Source: an uncultured virus (IMG/VR IMGVR_UViG_2061766007_000806) | Lineage: Duplodnaviria > Heunggongvirae > Uroviricota > Caudoviricetes | IMG/VR virus record: IMGVR_UViG_2061766007_000806 | Length of the DNA stretch: 56,460 bases | Reading direction: 5' to 3' (one strand) | Part shown: positions 47,532 to 56,158 of the stretch, piece after piece | Numbering within the stretch: position 1 is the stretch's first letter | Layout of the letters: the number at the start of each line of letters is the position of its first letter | Program-made: the position numbers and the translations under genes | Notes under the pieces: generated by a model | Databases searched by the model: none | Seen by the model: the letters and a program-made list of their open reading frames with translations, nothing else | Told to the model about the DNA's origin: nothing

Positions 47532-48202
47532 CTCATATCACCACCTTTGAATATTATCACCTCTGTGCCCGTTCCGAACACACGGCTTGTCAGCTTACGC
47601 CCGAACTTCTGTTCTAAAGCATCGGGTGTCTCTATATTGCCTGTAAAGATGTTGGACTTCAGCCCTAAGAACCTGTTGTCCATATATACAAGCAACTGAG
47701 AATAGTCATAGCCACTCATGTTGGTGCTTGCTATATCATCCCACACAACAAGGTCGGCTGAAATCAGGTGCTTCTTCAGGTGCTCAAATTCAGGGTCTAC
47801 GGTCTTGAAGTCTTTCGCCTTCATCAGGAAGGTGGGTACGTGCACAAACAGCCCTCTGACATTGAACCCGTTGCCACTCCATATTTGGTCAAAGTACTTC
47901 AGTAGCATCTTGATAGCCCAACTAGTCTTGCCATTGCCTGTGGTCGAGCTTGTGATATACAGATTCTTGCCCTGTTCTACGAACTCCACTATATTGTTCT
48001 TTATGTCAGCGAGGCGTCGGTATGCTTCCCTGTCGCTTTCAGGTGCGCTTAAAGGCTGAGGGCACTGTCTTGCTTTCGGCAAGCCACTGTTCTCCATCAG
48101 GTGCTGCATCTCTAAAAACTTGATACAGTTAAGGCACTCCGATACGTCGGCAAGGCACACGTCCTTATACCAACAATCCTCGTTCCTAGAATACTTCTCC
48201 AT
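47528..48202 (-). CDS. DnaC/IstB-like helicase loader ATPase
   Basis: TTGNGKT, DLVVWDD, IFTGN, LTSR, GGDMR. Confidence 0.88.
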   Translation of the reverse strand: MEKYSRNEDCWYKDVCLADVSECLNCIKFLEMQHLMENSGLPKARQCPQPLSAPESDREAYRRLADIKNNIVEFVEQGKNLYITSSTTGNGKTSWAIKMLLKYFDQIWSGNGFNVRGLFVHVPTFLMKAKDFKTVDPEFEHLKKHLISADLVVWDDIASTNMSGYDYSQLLVYMDNRFLGLKSNIFTGNIETPDALEQKFGRKLTSRVFGTGTEVIIFKGGDMR

Positions 48203-49136
48203 TCTCTAAAATCTCCCTTCGTTCTTCTTCACTTACTTTCCGACAGCTCATGTTCTCTGTCTCGGAGCTGATAATGTCCACACGGCGTGGACGTGAGGTG
48301 TAGCTCTTTAAATCGTAGAAGCTTGCGTATCCGAGTTCGGTGCTCTGCTTTACTATAGCGACCGGGTCTCCTGAACACGTGCCTATCTTCTTGAGCAATG
48401 CTCTCCATTGTGCCTGATACATCGGCTTATCTTTCATAGCCAACCTGAGCTTCAGGTAATCCTTGAGGGATTCCCTGAGTTCCTCATCGGCTGTATAGGC
48501 TTCTATATCCTGTACACATTTATCCCATAGGGACAGCTTCTTTGTCTTTTGTGGTTGCGCCCCTTCTATTTTGCGTTTCTTTCTAACATCCTCACTGTAC
48601 ATATGCTGTTCATATTCTGTTAGGGATTCTATATCAGATTCCTGTATAGGATTTTCAGTGGGGGCTTTTGCTACTATATCTTTAGATATAGTATTATCTA
48701 ATTTATTATCTAAATTTACTAGATTATATGAGGGGACATTTTTTACCCCTAATCCCCCGCTATTAGGGGACATTTTTGACCCCTGTTCTGATTCGGTGTG
48801 GTCATATCTTAGTTTCTCGCATGTTTCCGTGATTCCATAATAGGCTCTCGAACCTCTGACACCATTCACAGCAACCTGCTGAGAACATATCAAATCACTT
48901 TCCACAAGATGATTAATAAATCTCTTTAGTTGTCGTTCCTCTACGTTAAGTATAGGTAAATCTGATTGGATTTTCGCATGATTCAGCCACGTATACACGT
49001 TCCCGTTGTCAATAATGTGAGACATCGTAGGGCTAGCTTGTGCGTCATAGATATAAGACAACAATAGAATTTCGTTTAAATCAAGCCTGTATGATAACAG
49101 TTTTTCCTGATTAAACCCCATGATAGAATATTTCAT
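48186..49136 (-). CDS. Replication initiator (N-terminal wHTH, internal origin)
   Basis: MKYSIMGFNQ...DLPIL; upstream of loader/helicase; iterons in linker. Confidence 0.8.
   Translation of the reverse strand: MKYSIMGFNQEKLLSYRLDLNEILLLSYIYDAQASPTMSHIIDNGNVYTWLNHAKIQSDLPILNVEERQLKRFINHLVESDLICSQQVAVNGVRGSRAYYGITETCEKLRYDHTESEQGSKMSPNSGGLGVKNVPSYNLVNLDNKLDNTISKDIVAKAPTENPIQESDIESLTEYEQHMYSEDVRKKRKIEGAQPQKTKKLSLWDKCVQDIEAYTADEELRESLKDYLKLRLAMKDKPMYQAQWRALLKKIGTCSGDPVAIVKQSTELGYASFYDLKSYTSRPRRVDIISSETENMSCRKVSEEERREILENGEVF
48670..48784. repeat. Putative replication origin: two 20-bp iterons plus AT-rich tract
   Basis: AGGGGACATTTTT(T/G)ACCCCT at 48731-48750 and 48765-48784, next to AT-rich 48670-48730. 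Confidence 0.7.
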
Positions 49137-49162
49137 AGTCCCTTACTCCTTTTTAGAATATC

Positions 49163-49340
49163 AAAAGGCTTCTTCCTCGGTACAGGCAGGTACTTCGGAA
49201 AAAGCCTTTGGATGTTGACTGATATTAAGTTAAACATCGGCTGATGCCTGCCTTCATCAGTCAACGGATATTTTTATCGGGTATGCCTACCCGATTTGTT
49301 ACTAATCTAATCTCCGACACAAGCCCTAGTTAGGGGTGTC
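49163..49340 (-). ncRNA. Highly structured 5' leader of initiator gene
   Basis: Four hairpins and 7-nt loop-loop complementarity AGGCAGG/CCTGCCT. Confidence 0.55.
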
Positions 49341-49398
49341 ATATGGAGTTCTTCTTAGCAACTATTATATTATCACAGCATGTGAATTTTGTCAACTA

Positions 49399-49632
49399 CT
49401 AATTTCGACTATTTTTCACAGCTTCGACAATATCATGGATTTGGTTATCCACTTCTGCATTGACAGTATCCCAAAGAACCTGTCTCTCCATAATAATATC
49501 CACGTCCTCGGTATCAGGGATAATACGCTCTTCGCAGTATTCCAAGGTGTAATAGCTGTCGCCAATCTTGACGCTAGCTCTACTTGTAGCCTTGATAGTG
49601 GATATGATTGCCTGACTTGCATATGCTGCCAT
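49399..49632 (-). CDS. Hypothetical protein
   Basis: AGGAGG RBS; MAAYASQA... Confidence 0.65.
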   Translation of the reverse strand: MAAYASQAIISTIKATSRASVKIGDSYYTLEYCEERIIPDTEDVDIIMERQVLWDTVNAEVDNQIHDIVEAVKNSRN

Positions 49633-49634
49633 GA

Positions 49635-50072
49635 TTAATCCTCCTTCTTCTTTACCTCTGTGCATCGTAAAGCCACTGTGGTCTTGCTCTCACGACAGGT
49701 ATCTAAACCCTGAACAATTTCAGTCGGAATAGTACCCTGATAGATTGCTGATTCAAGAGCTTCAAAATCAACATATTCTTTTGTCTTGATTATGCCGAGC
49801 TGTACGGCAAGGTCTTTGTTCTCCTCAAGAACATCGAGTACCTTAGCCTCATTAAGGGTCTCTGTGGTGGATTCCACCCTAGATACTTTAAAACTGCCTG
49901 CCGTCCAACTAACAATGTTGTGGAACTCCATAAGAGACTTAATCCGTTCCTTGGTGTTGTCATTCTCCTTCTTTAACAGCTTAATCTGTTGGTCTTTTGC
50001 GCCATAAGTCCTAACGAGTGTATCAAGCTTAGTGACGTCGTTCAGGATAATCGCATCTGTGTTTTCGTTCAT
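49635..50072 (-). CDS. Hypothetical protein (Gam-like coiled coil)
   Basis: IIKTKEYVD..ALE motif; family call is tentative. Confidence 0.55.
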   Translation of the reverse strand: MNENTDAIILNDVTKLDTLVRTYGAKDQQIKLLKKENDNTKERIKSLMEFHNIVSWTAGSFKVSRVESTTETLNEAKVLDVLEENKDLAVQLGIIKTKEYVDFEALESAIYQGTIPTEIVQGLDTCRESKTTVALRCTEVKKKED

Positions 50073-50088
50073 ACTTTTGCTCTCCAAT

Positions 50089-50361
50089 TCATGTCTTTTT
50101 TACATATTTCTGTGTGACGTCGCCCATTAACCCATTACGCCCCTGAACAATGCTCTCCTTGAACTTCCTCAGTCCGAGAACATCGCTAGGCTTCCAATAA
50201 CGAGTGCGTTTGTTCCCGACCTGAGTATAGTCGGGAAGCAGTTTCGCCATCTCATGCTCAGGGTGTAGAGACTTCCACTTGTACCAACTCGAGATGGTTT
50301 GGATGGAAGCCCCTACGCAAACGGCAACTTCAGTCACATTAAGTAACTTCTCGTCTCCCAT
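50089..50361 (-). CDS. MerR/excisionase-like HTH protein
   Basis: LNVTEVA..VG.S.QTI..W...RYW. Confidence 0.65.
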   Translation of the reverse strand: MGDEKLLNVTEVAVCVGASIQTISSWYKWKSLHPEHEMAKLLPDYTQVGNKRTRYWKPSDVLGLRKFKESIVQGRNGLMGDVTQKYVKKT

Positions 50362-50371
50362 TTGTGCCTCC

Positions 50372-50620
50372 TCATAACTGTATTCCTTCTACTTCGGCTC
50401 TTACCTCAAGGGTGTACAGGTAGCGTCTCATCTGACGTGCCTGAGTCTTGAGCAACTCTAAGCTGCATTTCGGCTCAAAGTCAAGCGTTCCAGCCTCGTA
50501 CTTGATAATCATAGCCCTAAGCTTGTCGTAGCGTATCTTGAGCTGATAATATTCAGCCTTGAAGCGCTCTGCAAAATCCTCCGAGCACATAAGCTCAACT
50601 GTGTCTTTAAGTTCGTTCAT
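50372..50620 (-). CDS. crAss001_48-like hypothetical protein
   Basis: ERFKAEYYQL.IR..KL...LL..Q...M..YL..LE.R. Confidence 0.7.
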   Translation of the reverse strand: MNELKDTVELMCSEDFAERFKAEYYQLKIRYDKLRAMIIKYEAGTLDFEPKCSLELLKTQARQMRRYLYTLEVRAEVEGIQL

Positions 50621-50651
50621 TTTAAGTTCCCCTTTCTGTGATTTAGATTTA

Positions 50652-52343
50652 TCAACTTAACAGGTAGTCGATGATAGCGCCTTTGTCACCAACGACTTTG
50701 CCATCAACCAACATATCTGCCATAGCTCCTTTTTGCATTACCAACTCATGGATTCTCTCATCAATAGTGTTTTTGGTGAGAAGTGTATAGATTGTAAGGT
50801 TTTCAGTCTGACCGATTCTGTGGCATCTGTCCTCAGCCTGTTCCTTATTAGCTCTGTTCCAAGGCTCATCCATGAAGATTTCAACTGTGCCTGCCGTGAG
50901 GGTCAAGCCTGTACCCATAGCTCCGATAGTGCCAACAAGTACGTCAAGTTTACCTTCTTGGAACATCTGAACAACTGTCTGTCTATTGCTATCAGGTGTT
51001 TCGCCTGTAATAAGCCCAATACCATATTTATTTCTGAGCCTGTCACAAATTGCACCTGTCATCTGTGTCCAATTAGAGAAGATAACAACCTTCTTGCCAT
51101 TGGCGATTGCATCCTCAACAAGCTCTTCCATCCTGTCGAGCTTAGCGCTCTCCTGTATCGTGCTAGAAAGAATGCCTGTATAGCCTGTTGCCTGTCTGAG
51201 CCTAATCATTTCAGCTAATGGATTGCTTGCTGCTTTGATAAGGTCGAGATTAGCTGTAATGGAGTTATAGACTTCTTTGTAAATCTGTGCCTGTTTAGCT
51301 GTCATTTCAACATATTCGTTGATATAAGTCTTTTCGGGTAAGTCTAATACATTGCTCTTCAGTCTCCTGAGCATGAAACCATTAAGCTGACTTTGTAAGC
51401 TATCAAGGTTTTTGTATCCGACTATCTGATAGTTTCCAAAACCACCCATCGTGCAATAGTGGTTCTTGAAAGTATAGAAGCTGTGGTTTTCGTAGCCGAG
51501 CCACTTGAGTATTATATAAAGGTCAAGTGGTGAGTTCATAAGTGGAGTACCTGTCATAGCTATCATCGTATCAGCCTGTACCTTCAGGAAGCCCTTGCCT
51601 TGCTGACTTTGAGGGTTCTTCATCTTGTGCACCTCATCAGCTGCAACCATGCCGATTACGTTTGATTTGCAAAGCTCCACGAGTGCGCCTGTAACCTCAT
51701 CTGACCTGAGCGATTCGACATTAGTTATAAGGAAGTACGCTCCACCGACAACATCCTCGTCGCCTTCAAGGAGACTGACGAGCTGATTAACTTTGTCTTG
51801 TGTAGTACCAACCACTGTCTTGCCTGCTCTTGTTATCTGTCCGATGACCCAAGCACCTTCATTGGAGTGGGTCTTGATTTCCTCCACCCAATTCCACTTA
51901 AGTCCGTTTACGCCACAGACTATAAGGCAATGCTTGTATCCTCTTTGCTGTTTTCTAGCAACGGCAATATCGATAACCTGTTTGGTCTTTCCAAGTCCCT
52001 GTTCATCTCCTAAGAGCCATCTGTTATGAGAGATTCCGTATTCAAATCCTTCAATCTGATGCTGAAAAGGTGTGGTCTTAAAGTTGAAAGCTATTTTATG
52101 TTCGTCAGCCTTGTTAGCCAACAGGCTTGCATCAACCTTAATCTCGATTTCGTGCTTTTCAAAATCAGGAAGAAGTTTATCAAGCGCATTATATGGAACT
52201 TCCCACTCCTTGTTATCAGGATGCCATCTGTTCTGATGCTGAGACTTGATAGCGAATATCAAATCGGCATTGAACGGGAACGATATAAAAGCACTGAGGT
52301 CTTTGCCCCACGTATTCGATTCTCTGATGTTTATCGTTATCAT
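50652..52343 (-). CDS. SNF2-family helicase
   Basis: DEQGLGKT, DEVH, MTGTP..N, LRR, GTGLTL, QAEDRCHRIGQ. Confidence 0.93.
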   Translation of the reverse strand: MITINIRESNTWGKDLSAFISFPFNADLIFAIKSQHQNRWHPDNKEWEVPYNALDKLLPDFEKHEIEIKVDASLLANKADEHKIAFNFKTTPFQHQIEGFEYGISHNRWLLGDEQGLGKTKQVIDIAVARKQQRGYKHCLIVCGVNGLKWNWVEEIKTHSNEGAWVIGQITRAGKTVVGTTQDKVNQLVSLLEGDEDVVGGAYFLITNVESLRSDEVTGALVELCKSNVIGMVAADEVHKMKNPQSQQGKGFLKVQADTMIAMTGTPLMNSPLDLYIILKWLGYENHSFYTFKNHYCTMGGFGNYQIVGYKNLDSLQSQLNGFMLRRLKSNVLDLPEKTYINEYVEMTAKQAQIYKEVYNSITANLDLIKAASNPLAEMIRLRQATGYTGILSSTIQESAKLDRMEELVEDAIANGKKVVIFSNWTQMTGAICDRLRNKYGIGLITGETPDSNRQTVVQMFQEGKLDVLVGTIGAMGTGLTLTAGTVEIFMDEPWNRANKEQAEDRCHRIGQTENLTIYTLLTKNTIDERIHELVMQKGAMADMLVDGKVVGDKGAIIDYLLS

Positions 52344-52372
52344 AGTGTTTTCCTTTCCTGAGTGTTATAAAC

Positions 52373-52401
52373 ATTATATACTAGTTTTTAAAGATTGTCA
52401 A
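52373..52401 (-). promoter_or_regulatory. Consensus sigma-A promoter with two imperfect palindromes
   Basis: TTGACA-17-TATAAT; palindromes at 52370-52387 and 52391-52408. Confidence 0.85.
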
Positions 52402-52615
52402 CTATGTTTTTTTTATCCTTACGAATAGCCCAAACCATATTGAGCCAACTGATGATAGTTGCCCTACGGCAAGTTATCAAACTCTGTACATTAAGCCTGA
52501 AGCCATCGGGAAAGATGCAATGGAGACCCTGATTCAGGTCAACCTTAATCTTGCAATCACAGTGTTCTGATGCTTCCTTAATCTTGCCAATCTGTTGAAA
52601 ATTTGTCCAACTCAT
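52388..52615 (-). CDS. Hypothetical protein
   Basis: AAAGGAG RBS; MSWTNFQQIG... Confidence 0.6.
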   Translation of the reverse strand: MSWTNFQQIGKIKEASEHCDCKIKVDLNQGLHCIFPDGFRLNVQSLITCRRATIISWLNMVWAIRKDKKNIVDNL

Positions 52616-52657
52616 AGTATTTTCTCCTTTTCTGAGGTTTTCTTTGTTTATGTAAAC

Positions 52658-52686
52658 ATTATATACCATGTTTAATCAAATGTCAA
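52658..52686 (-). promoter_or_regulatory. Consensus sigma-A promoter with palindrome
   Basis: TTGACA-17-TATAAT; perfect AAACAT-N8-ATGTTT at 52654-52673. Confidence 0.85.
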
Positions 52687-53101
52687 GTACTTTTTTTAAA
52701 TCTTTTGGAAGGTCATCAAATTCGGGTTTGTTGATAAGCGTCCACATAAGTCCACACAGATTCCAAAGGATAGCCCTGTTATGTGGTTCATCCGTCCATC
52801 CGTCATACCATTTAAGAAGATGCCTGACAGTGCTATCTACGTAGCAATGCGTCGGGATTCCCTTCTCCCAATTCCTCTCAGCGTATTTACGTGCCCCGTT
52901 TTCATAGTGTTTTGAAAGCTCCATGAACGCCTCCCCAAAGTTATCGGCATATTCACGGGATATGAAAGCATTGATACATCTGTTGATTCGCTGAACATAG
53001 TTAGTGTCGGGGTCATGCACGATATGATTAAGCTCATTACAGATTACGTCTCCCACGACAGCCTTAGCCTTGTTAGGATTAGTATCCACGATTTGCTGAT
53101 T
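52676..53101 (-). CDS. DUF5664-like dATP/dGTP diphosphohydrolase, C-terminal part
   Basis: HYENGARKYAERNWEKG...DS..RH...DEPH.RA..WN; N-terminus at 56159. Confidence 0.75.
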   Translation of the reverse strand, partial: NQQIVDTNPNKAKAVVGDVICNELNHIVHDPDTNYVQRINRCINAFISREYADNFGEAFMELSKHYENGARKYAERNWEKGIPTHCYVDSTVRHLLKWYDGWTDEPHNRAILWNLCGLMWTLINKPEFDDLPKDLKKVLDI

Positions 53102-53111
53102 NNNNNNNNNN

Positions 53112-53452
53112 TCCTCAATAATATTGCCGATAATTTTTACTGTATCGCCCCAACTCTTAACAGCTACTCGGCAATGCTTTCCTTTTAATGATTGAAATCT
53201 TGCTACTCCAATAGTATCCATGATATGCATAATATAAACTAACCCTGAACCATTAGAACTAAACTCCTTTGCTCCAAGATAACCATGTCCCAAAGCAATC
53301 CCACCATAACAAACGCCTCCACACTCTAATTGCATTGGCATTCGCAATACTAAGCATCCATGGTCTTCCATATCTAAATCTGCTGCTTCAATATATGCAT
53401 TAACAATATGATATCCCGCCGTTATCAGTTCATCTTTTGTCCATGTTTTCAT
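53112..53452 (-). CDS. Hypothetical protein (partial; separate contig)
   Basis: NAYI...EDHG...YGG..L...IGNII; fused to DUF5664 only across the gap. Confidence 0.55.
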
Positions 53453-53739
53453 GTTTTTCTCCTATTCTTCTTTTGATTTTGTGATAAAATTTTAATCTCT
53501 TTCTTAAGTGCATCAATTTCATCACGTAAGGTTTGAGACGTTACTTGTAACAATGTGTTTACTTGGCTTATCGGAATGTTACATAACATTTTATAATTCT
53601 TACAATCTTCTACACTACCAATATCTGTATATTGACCATATTCAAATTGCATTTTATGTAACAGGTCATGCATCTTTTTATCTTCAACAGTATCGATGTA
53701 ATGTATGACATCAGACATTTCTATAATATTAAGACTCAT
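53449..53739 (-). CDS. Hypothetical protein
   Basis: MSLNIIEMSDV...; ATGA overlap with next gene. Confidence 0.5.
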   Translation of the reverse strand: MSLNIIEMSDVIHYIDTVEDKKMHDLLHKMQFEYGQYTDIGSVEDCKNYKMLCNIPISQVNTLLQVTSQTLRDEIDALKKEIKILSQNQKKNRRKT

Positions 53740-53879
53740 TCTNNNNNNNNNNNNNNNNNNNNNNNNNNNNNNNNNNNNNNNNNNNNNNNNNNNNNNNNNN
53801 NNAATGACAAAATGTGCCACCACCAAATTTGTCTTCTGTTCTTATGTTATGTCGGCAATTACAACAAACCTTTCCATTT

Positions 53880-54068
53880 TCAACACTCATGTTTCTCCTC
53901 GTCTGTTATATTAAACTGATAAGCCGCAGAAATAGTAATGCCCGTTGTGTTCTCACGCCTACCGGAAAACACACCTTGCTCTTTCAGTTTCTTTTCGTAT
54001 TCATCGGCAAGTATTCTACCCTGTTTAGTATTTGGATAATTCGTCATTTCGTAGCGATATATAATCAT
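53880..54068 (-). CDS. Small hypothetical protein
   Basis: GGAG RBS, 62 aa. Confidence 0.5.
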   Translation of the reverse strand: MIIYRYEMTNYPNTKQGRILADEYEKKLKEQGVFSGRRENTTGITISAAYQFNITDEEKHEC

Positions 54069-54400
54069 TTACATCTCTCCTCTGATTGCTTATCGTTGAT
54101 TAACCTAGCCATTTCAGAACTTGTATATGCCTTAATAATTTCTTTTGCCCGATTAAGACCAACGATTGTTCCAAATATACGTCCATTATCAAATTTATCA
54201 TTGTCATTTGAGATTTTTGATGTGGTTTTATATANNNNNNNNNNNNNNNNNNNNNNNNNNNNNNNNNNNNNNNNNNTCATCGTACGCTGATTTCATATTA
54301 TTCACCTCTGTCCGCAGGTATCACTGTCCCAATCATCCTTAAAGCCTTTAAAATTACAGGAGCATTCCCCCTGTCATAACGATTTACGTCTGGCGTAGGA

Positions 54401-54622
54401 TTAGTAAGCATANNNNNNNNNNNNNNNNNNNNNNNNNNNNNNNNNNNNAATATCACCAAGTCTACCGTGTCCTATAGGAAGTTCAATACCATTATCTACG
54501 GCTTTCATAAGTTCATCACAAACATATTCCGTTTCTAATTCACCGTTTTGGTGCTTTATCCCTTTATATAAGTCTTTTGATAACCTAATTACCACTTCAA
54601 TCGTTTCAGTCATTCTTGCCAC
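54401..54622 (-). CDS. LPxGHGRL-family small protein (gapped)
   Basis: IEVVIRL...NGIELPIGHGRL. Confidence 0.5.
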   Translation of the reverse strand: MARMTETIEVVIRLSKDLYKGIKHQNGELETEYVCDELMKAVDNGIELPIGHGRLGDIXXXXXXXXXXXXYAY

Positions 54623-54729
54623 CTCTATCCGCCGGAATTACTGTCTGTGTAGTAGCAATCATATCTTTCAANNNNNNNNNNTTCCCTGAGTATTTAAGTC
54701 CAATTCATATTTATTAAGGAGGTAAATAA

Positions 54730-55140
54730 ATGCAAATAGTAGTTACTTTATCTGAAGAAGATTATAATTTGCTTGTTAATGTAAACGATGATAAACTACC
54801 TTCAATGAATGCTCGTCGTCATCTGCATGAACAGTTGAAGATAGGAATTGTACTCCCGAAGGGACATGGTAGGCTGATTGATGTTGATGCTTACAGAAAG
54901 GAAATGTTGGATAGTAGAGAATTTGATTTTTTCAAAAGGCTTGATATGCAACCAACAATCATCGAAGCAGACCAGGCAGGCAGCGCTGAGAGTCCTACAC
55001 CTTCAGAGATACGTCCGACAAGCTTACCTGTTGCAACAGTAATTTCAAATGGACAGGAGTTTGAAATACCATACACTCCTAAACGTGGCACTCTTGATGT
55101 CAGTACAGGCAAATTCAGTACGGAGGATAACAGATGTTAG
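54730..55140 (+). CDS. LPKGHGRLID-family small protein
   Basis: AAGGAGG RBS; GIVLPKGHGRLIDVDA...PTIIEAD. Confidence 0.65.
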   Translation: MQIVVTLSEEDYNLLVNVNDDKLPSMNARRHLHEQLKIGIVLPKGHGRLIDVDAYRKEMLDSREFDFFKRLDMQPTIIEADQAGSAESPTPSEIRPTSLPVATVISNGQEFEIPYTPKRGTLDVSTGKFSTEDNRC

Positions 55141-55288
55141 ATAAGATAGCACGACACATACTCATGCCTACTGTCTTGGCATTGATACTTAACGGAACTA
55201 TAACAACGTGTGACCAACTTAAGGGAGAAGTTGACCCTGTGGAGCATCAGCAGCTTTCAGGAGTCATGGAGATTNNNNNNNNNNAGAG

Positions 55289-55546
55289 GTGATACAGATG
55301 GAAACAGTTGAGGTTGTGATTAGGATTCCAAAAGAATACATAGACAAACAGCATATTTTTATAACGCAAGACAGAGTTAGGTTAGCTTCTGCGGTTCAAA
55401 ATGGTACTGTACTCCCGAAGGGACATGGTAGGCTGATTGATGTTGATGCTTACAGAAAGGAAATGTTGGATAGTAGAGAATTTGATTTTTTCAAAAGGCT
55501 TGATATACAACCAACAATCATCGAAGCAGATAAGGAAAATACATGA
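55289..55546 (+). CDS. LPKGHGRLID-family small protein
   Basis: C-terminal half nearly identical to 54730-55140, different N-terminus. Confidence 0.6.
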   Translation: MIQMETVEVVIRIPKEYIDKQHIFITQDRVRLASAVQNGTVLPKGHGRLIDVDAYRKEMLDSREFDFFKRLDIQPTIIEADKENT

Positions 55547-56025
55547 TAAACTATATACGGATACAGTGCATAGCCCCCATAGTTTTAGTGCTAATACTTA
55601 AAGGAGTCATAACTTCTCCGTCACAGCTACGAGACGTCGAGCCTACACCTTTGCAACACCTGTCAGGGACTATGGCGATAGAGAATGAGAACCCCGGTGG
55701 GTACAGTGTATTGCAAGACATGATAAGGCTACTACTCACGGGAGCTGTGGTTATGAACAGAGTGAACTCACCGAGATGGAGTGGAAGTACTATTGAAGCT
55801 GTTGTATTAGCCAAAGGTCAGTACGCAAGCGTAACACGGAGAGGCTTCAAGACAAGGCAAGCAAAAGAACAGACAGTGCTGTTAGCCAAGTATCTGTTGC
55901 TATATGGGACTAAATGGGTATGCCCGAGCAATGTGGTATATCAGGGACAGGGCAAGAACGGCTCAAGCGTATATCTGAGGATTAAGGTAAAGGGAGATAA
56001 GCCTGAATTGTTCTGTTACGAATAA
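55543..56025 (+). CDS. SleB-like cell wall hydrolase (Hydrolase_2) with hydrophobic N-terminus
   Basis: E....G...TGAVVMNRVNS..W..TI..VV..KGQY. Confidence 0.75.
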   Translation: MINYIRIQCIAPIVLVLILKGVITSPSQLRDVEPTPLQHLSGTMAIENENPGGYSVLQDMIRLLLTGAVVMNRVNSPRWSGSTIEAVVLAKGQYASVTRRGFKTRQAKEQTVLLAKYLLLYGTKWVCPSNVVYQGQGKNGSSVYLRIKVKGDKPELFCYE

Positions 56026-56027
56026 AC

Positions 56028-56060
56028 AAATAGAGCTGACGGGCAAGGTCAGCTCTATTG
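56028..56060 (+). terminator. Hairpin / terminator after hydrolase
   Basis: AATAGAGCTGAC-GGGCAAG-GTCAGCTCTATT. Confidence 0.65.
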
Positions 56061-56158
56061 TCGTTGATAAAATATCAAGATGGCTTATCGTGCTGTAACA
56101 CGAACTCTAGCAAGGCTAATTATAGCATACTATATTATAAAACACAAGGAGAATCTTT

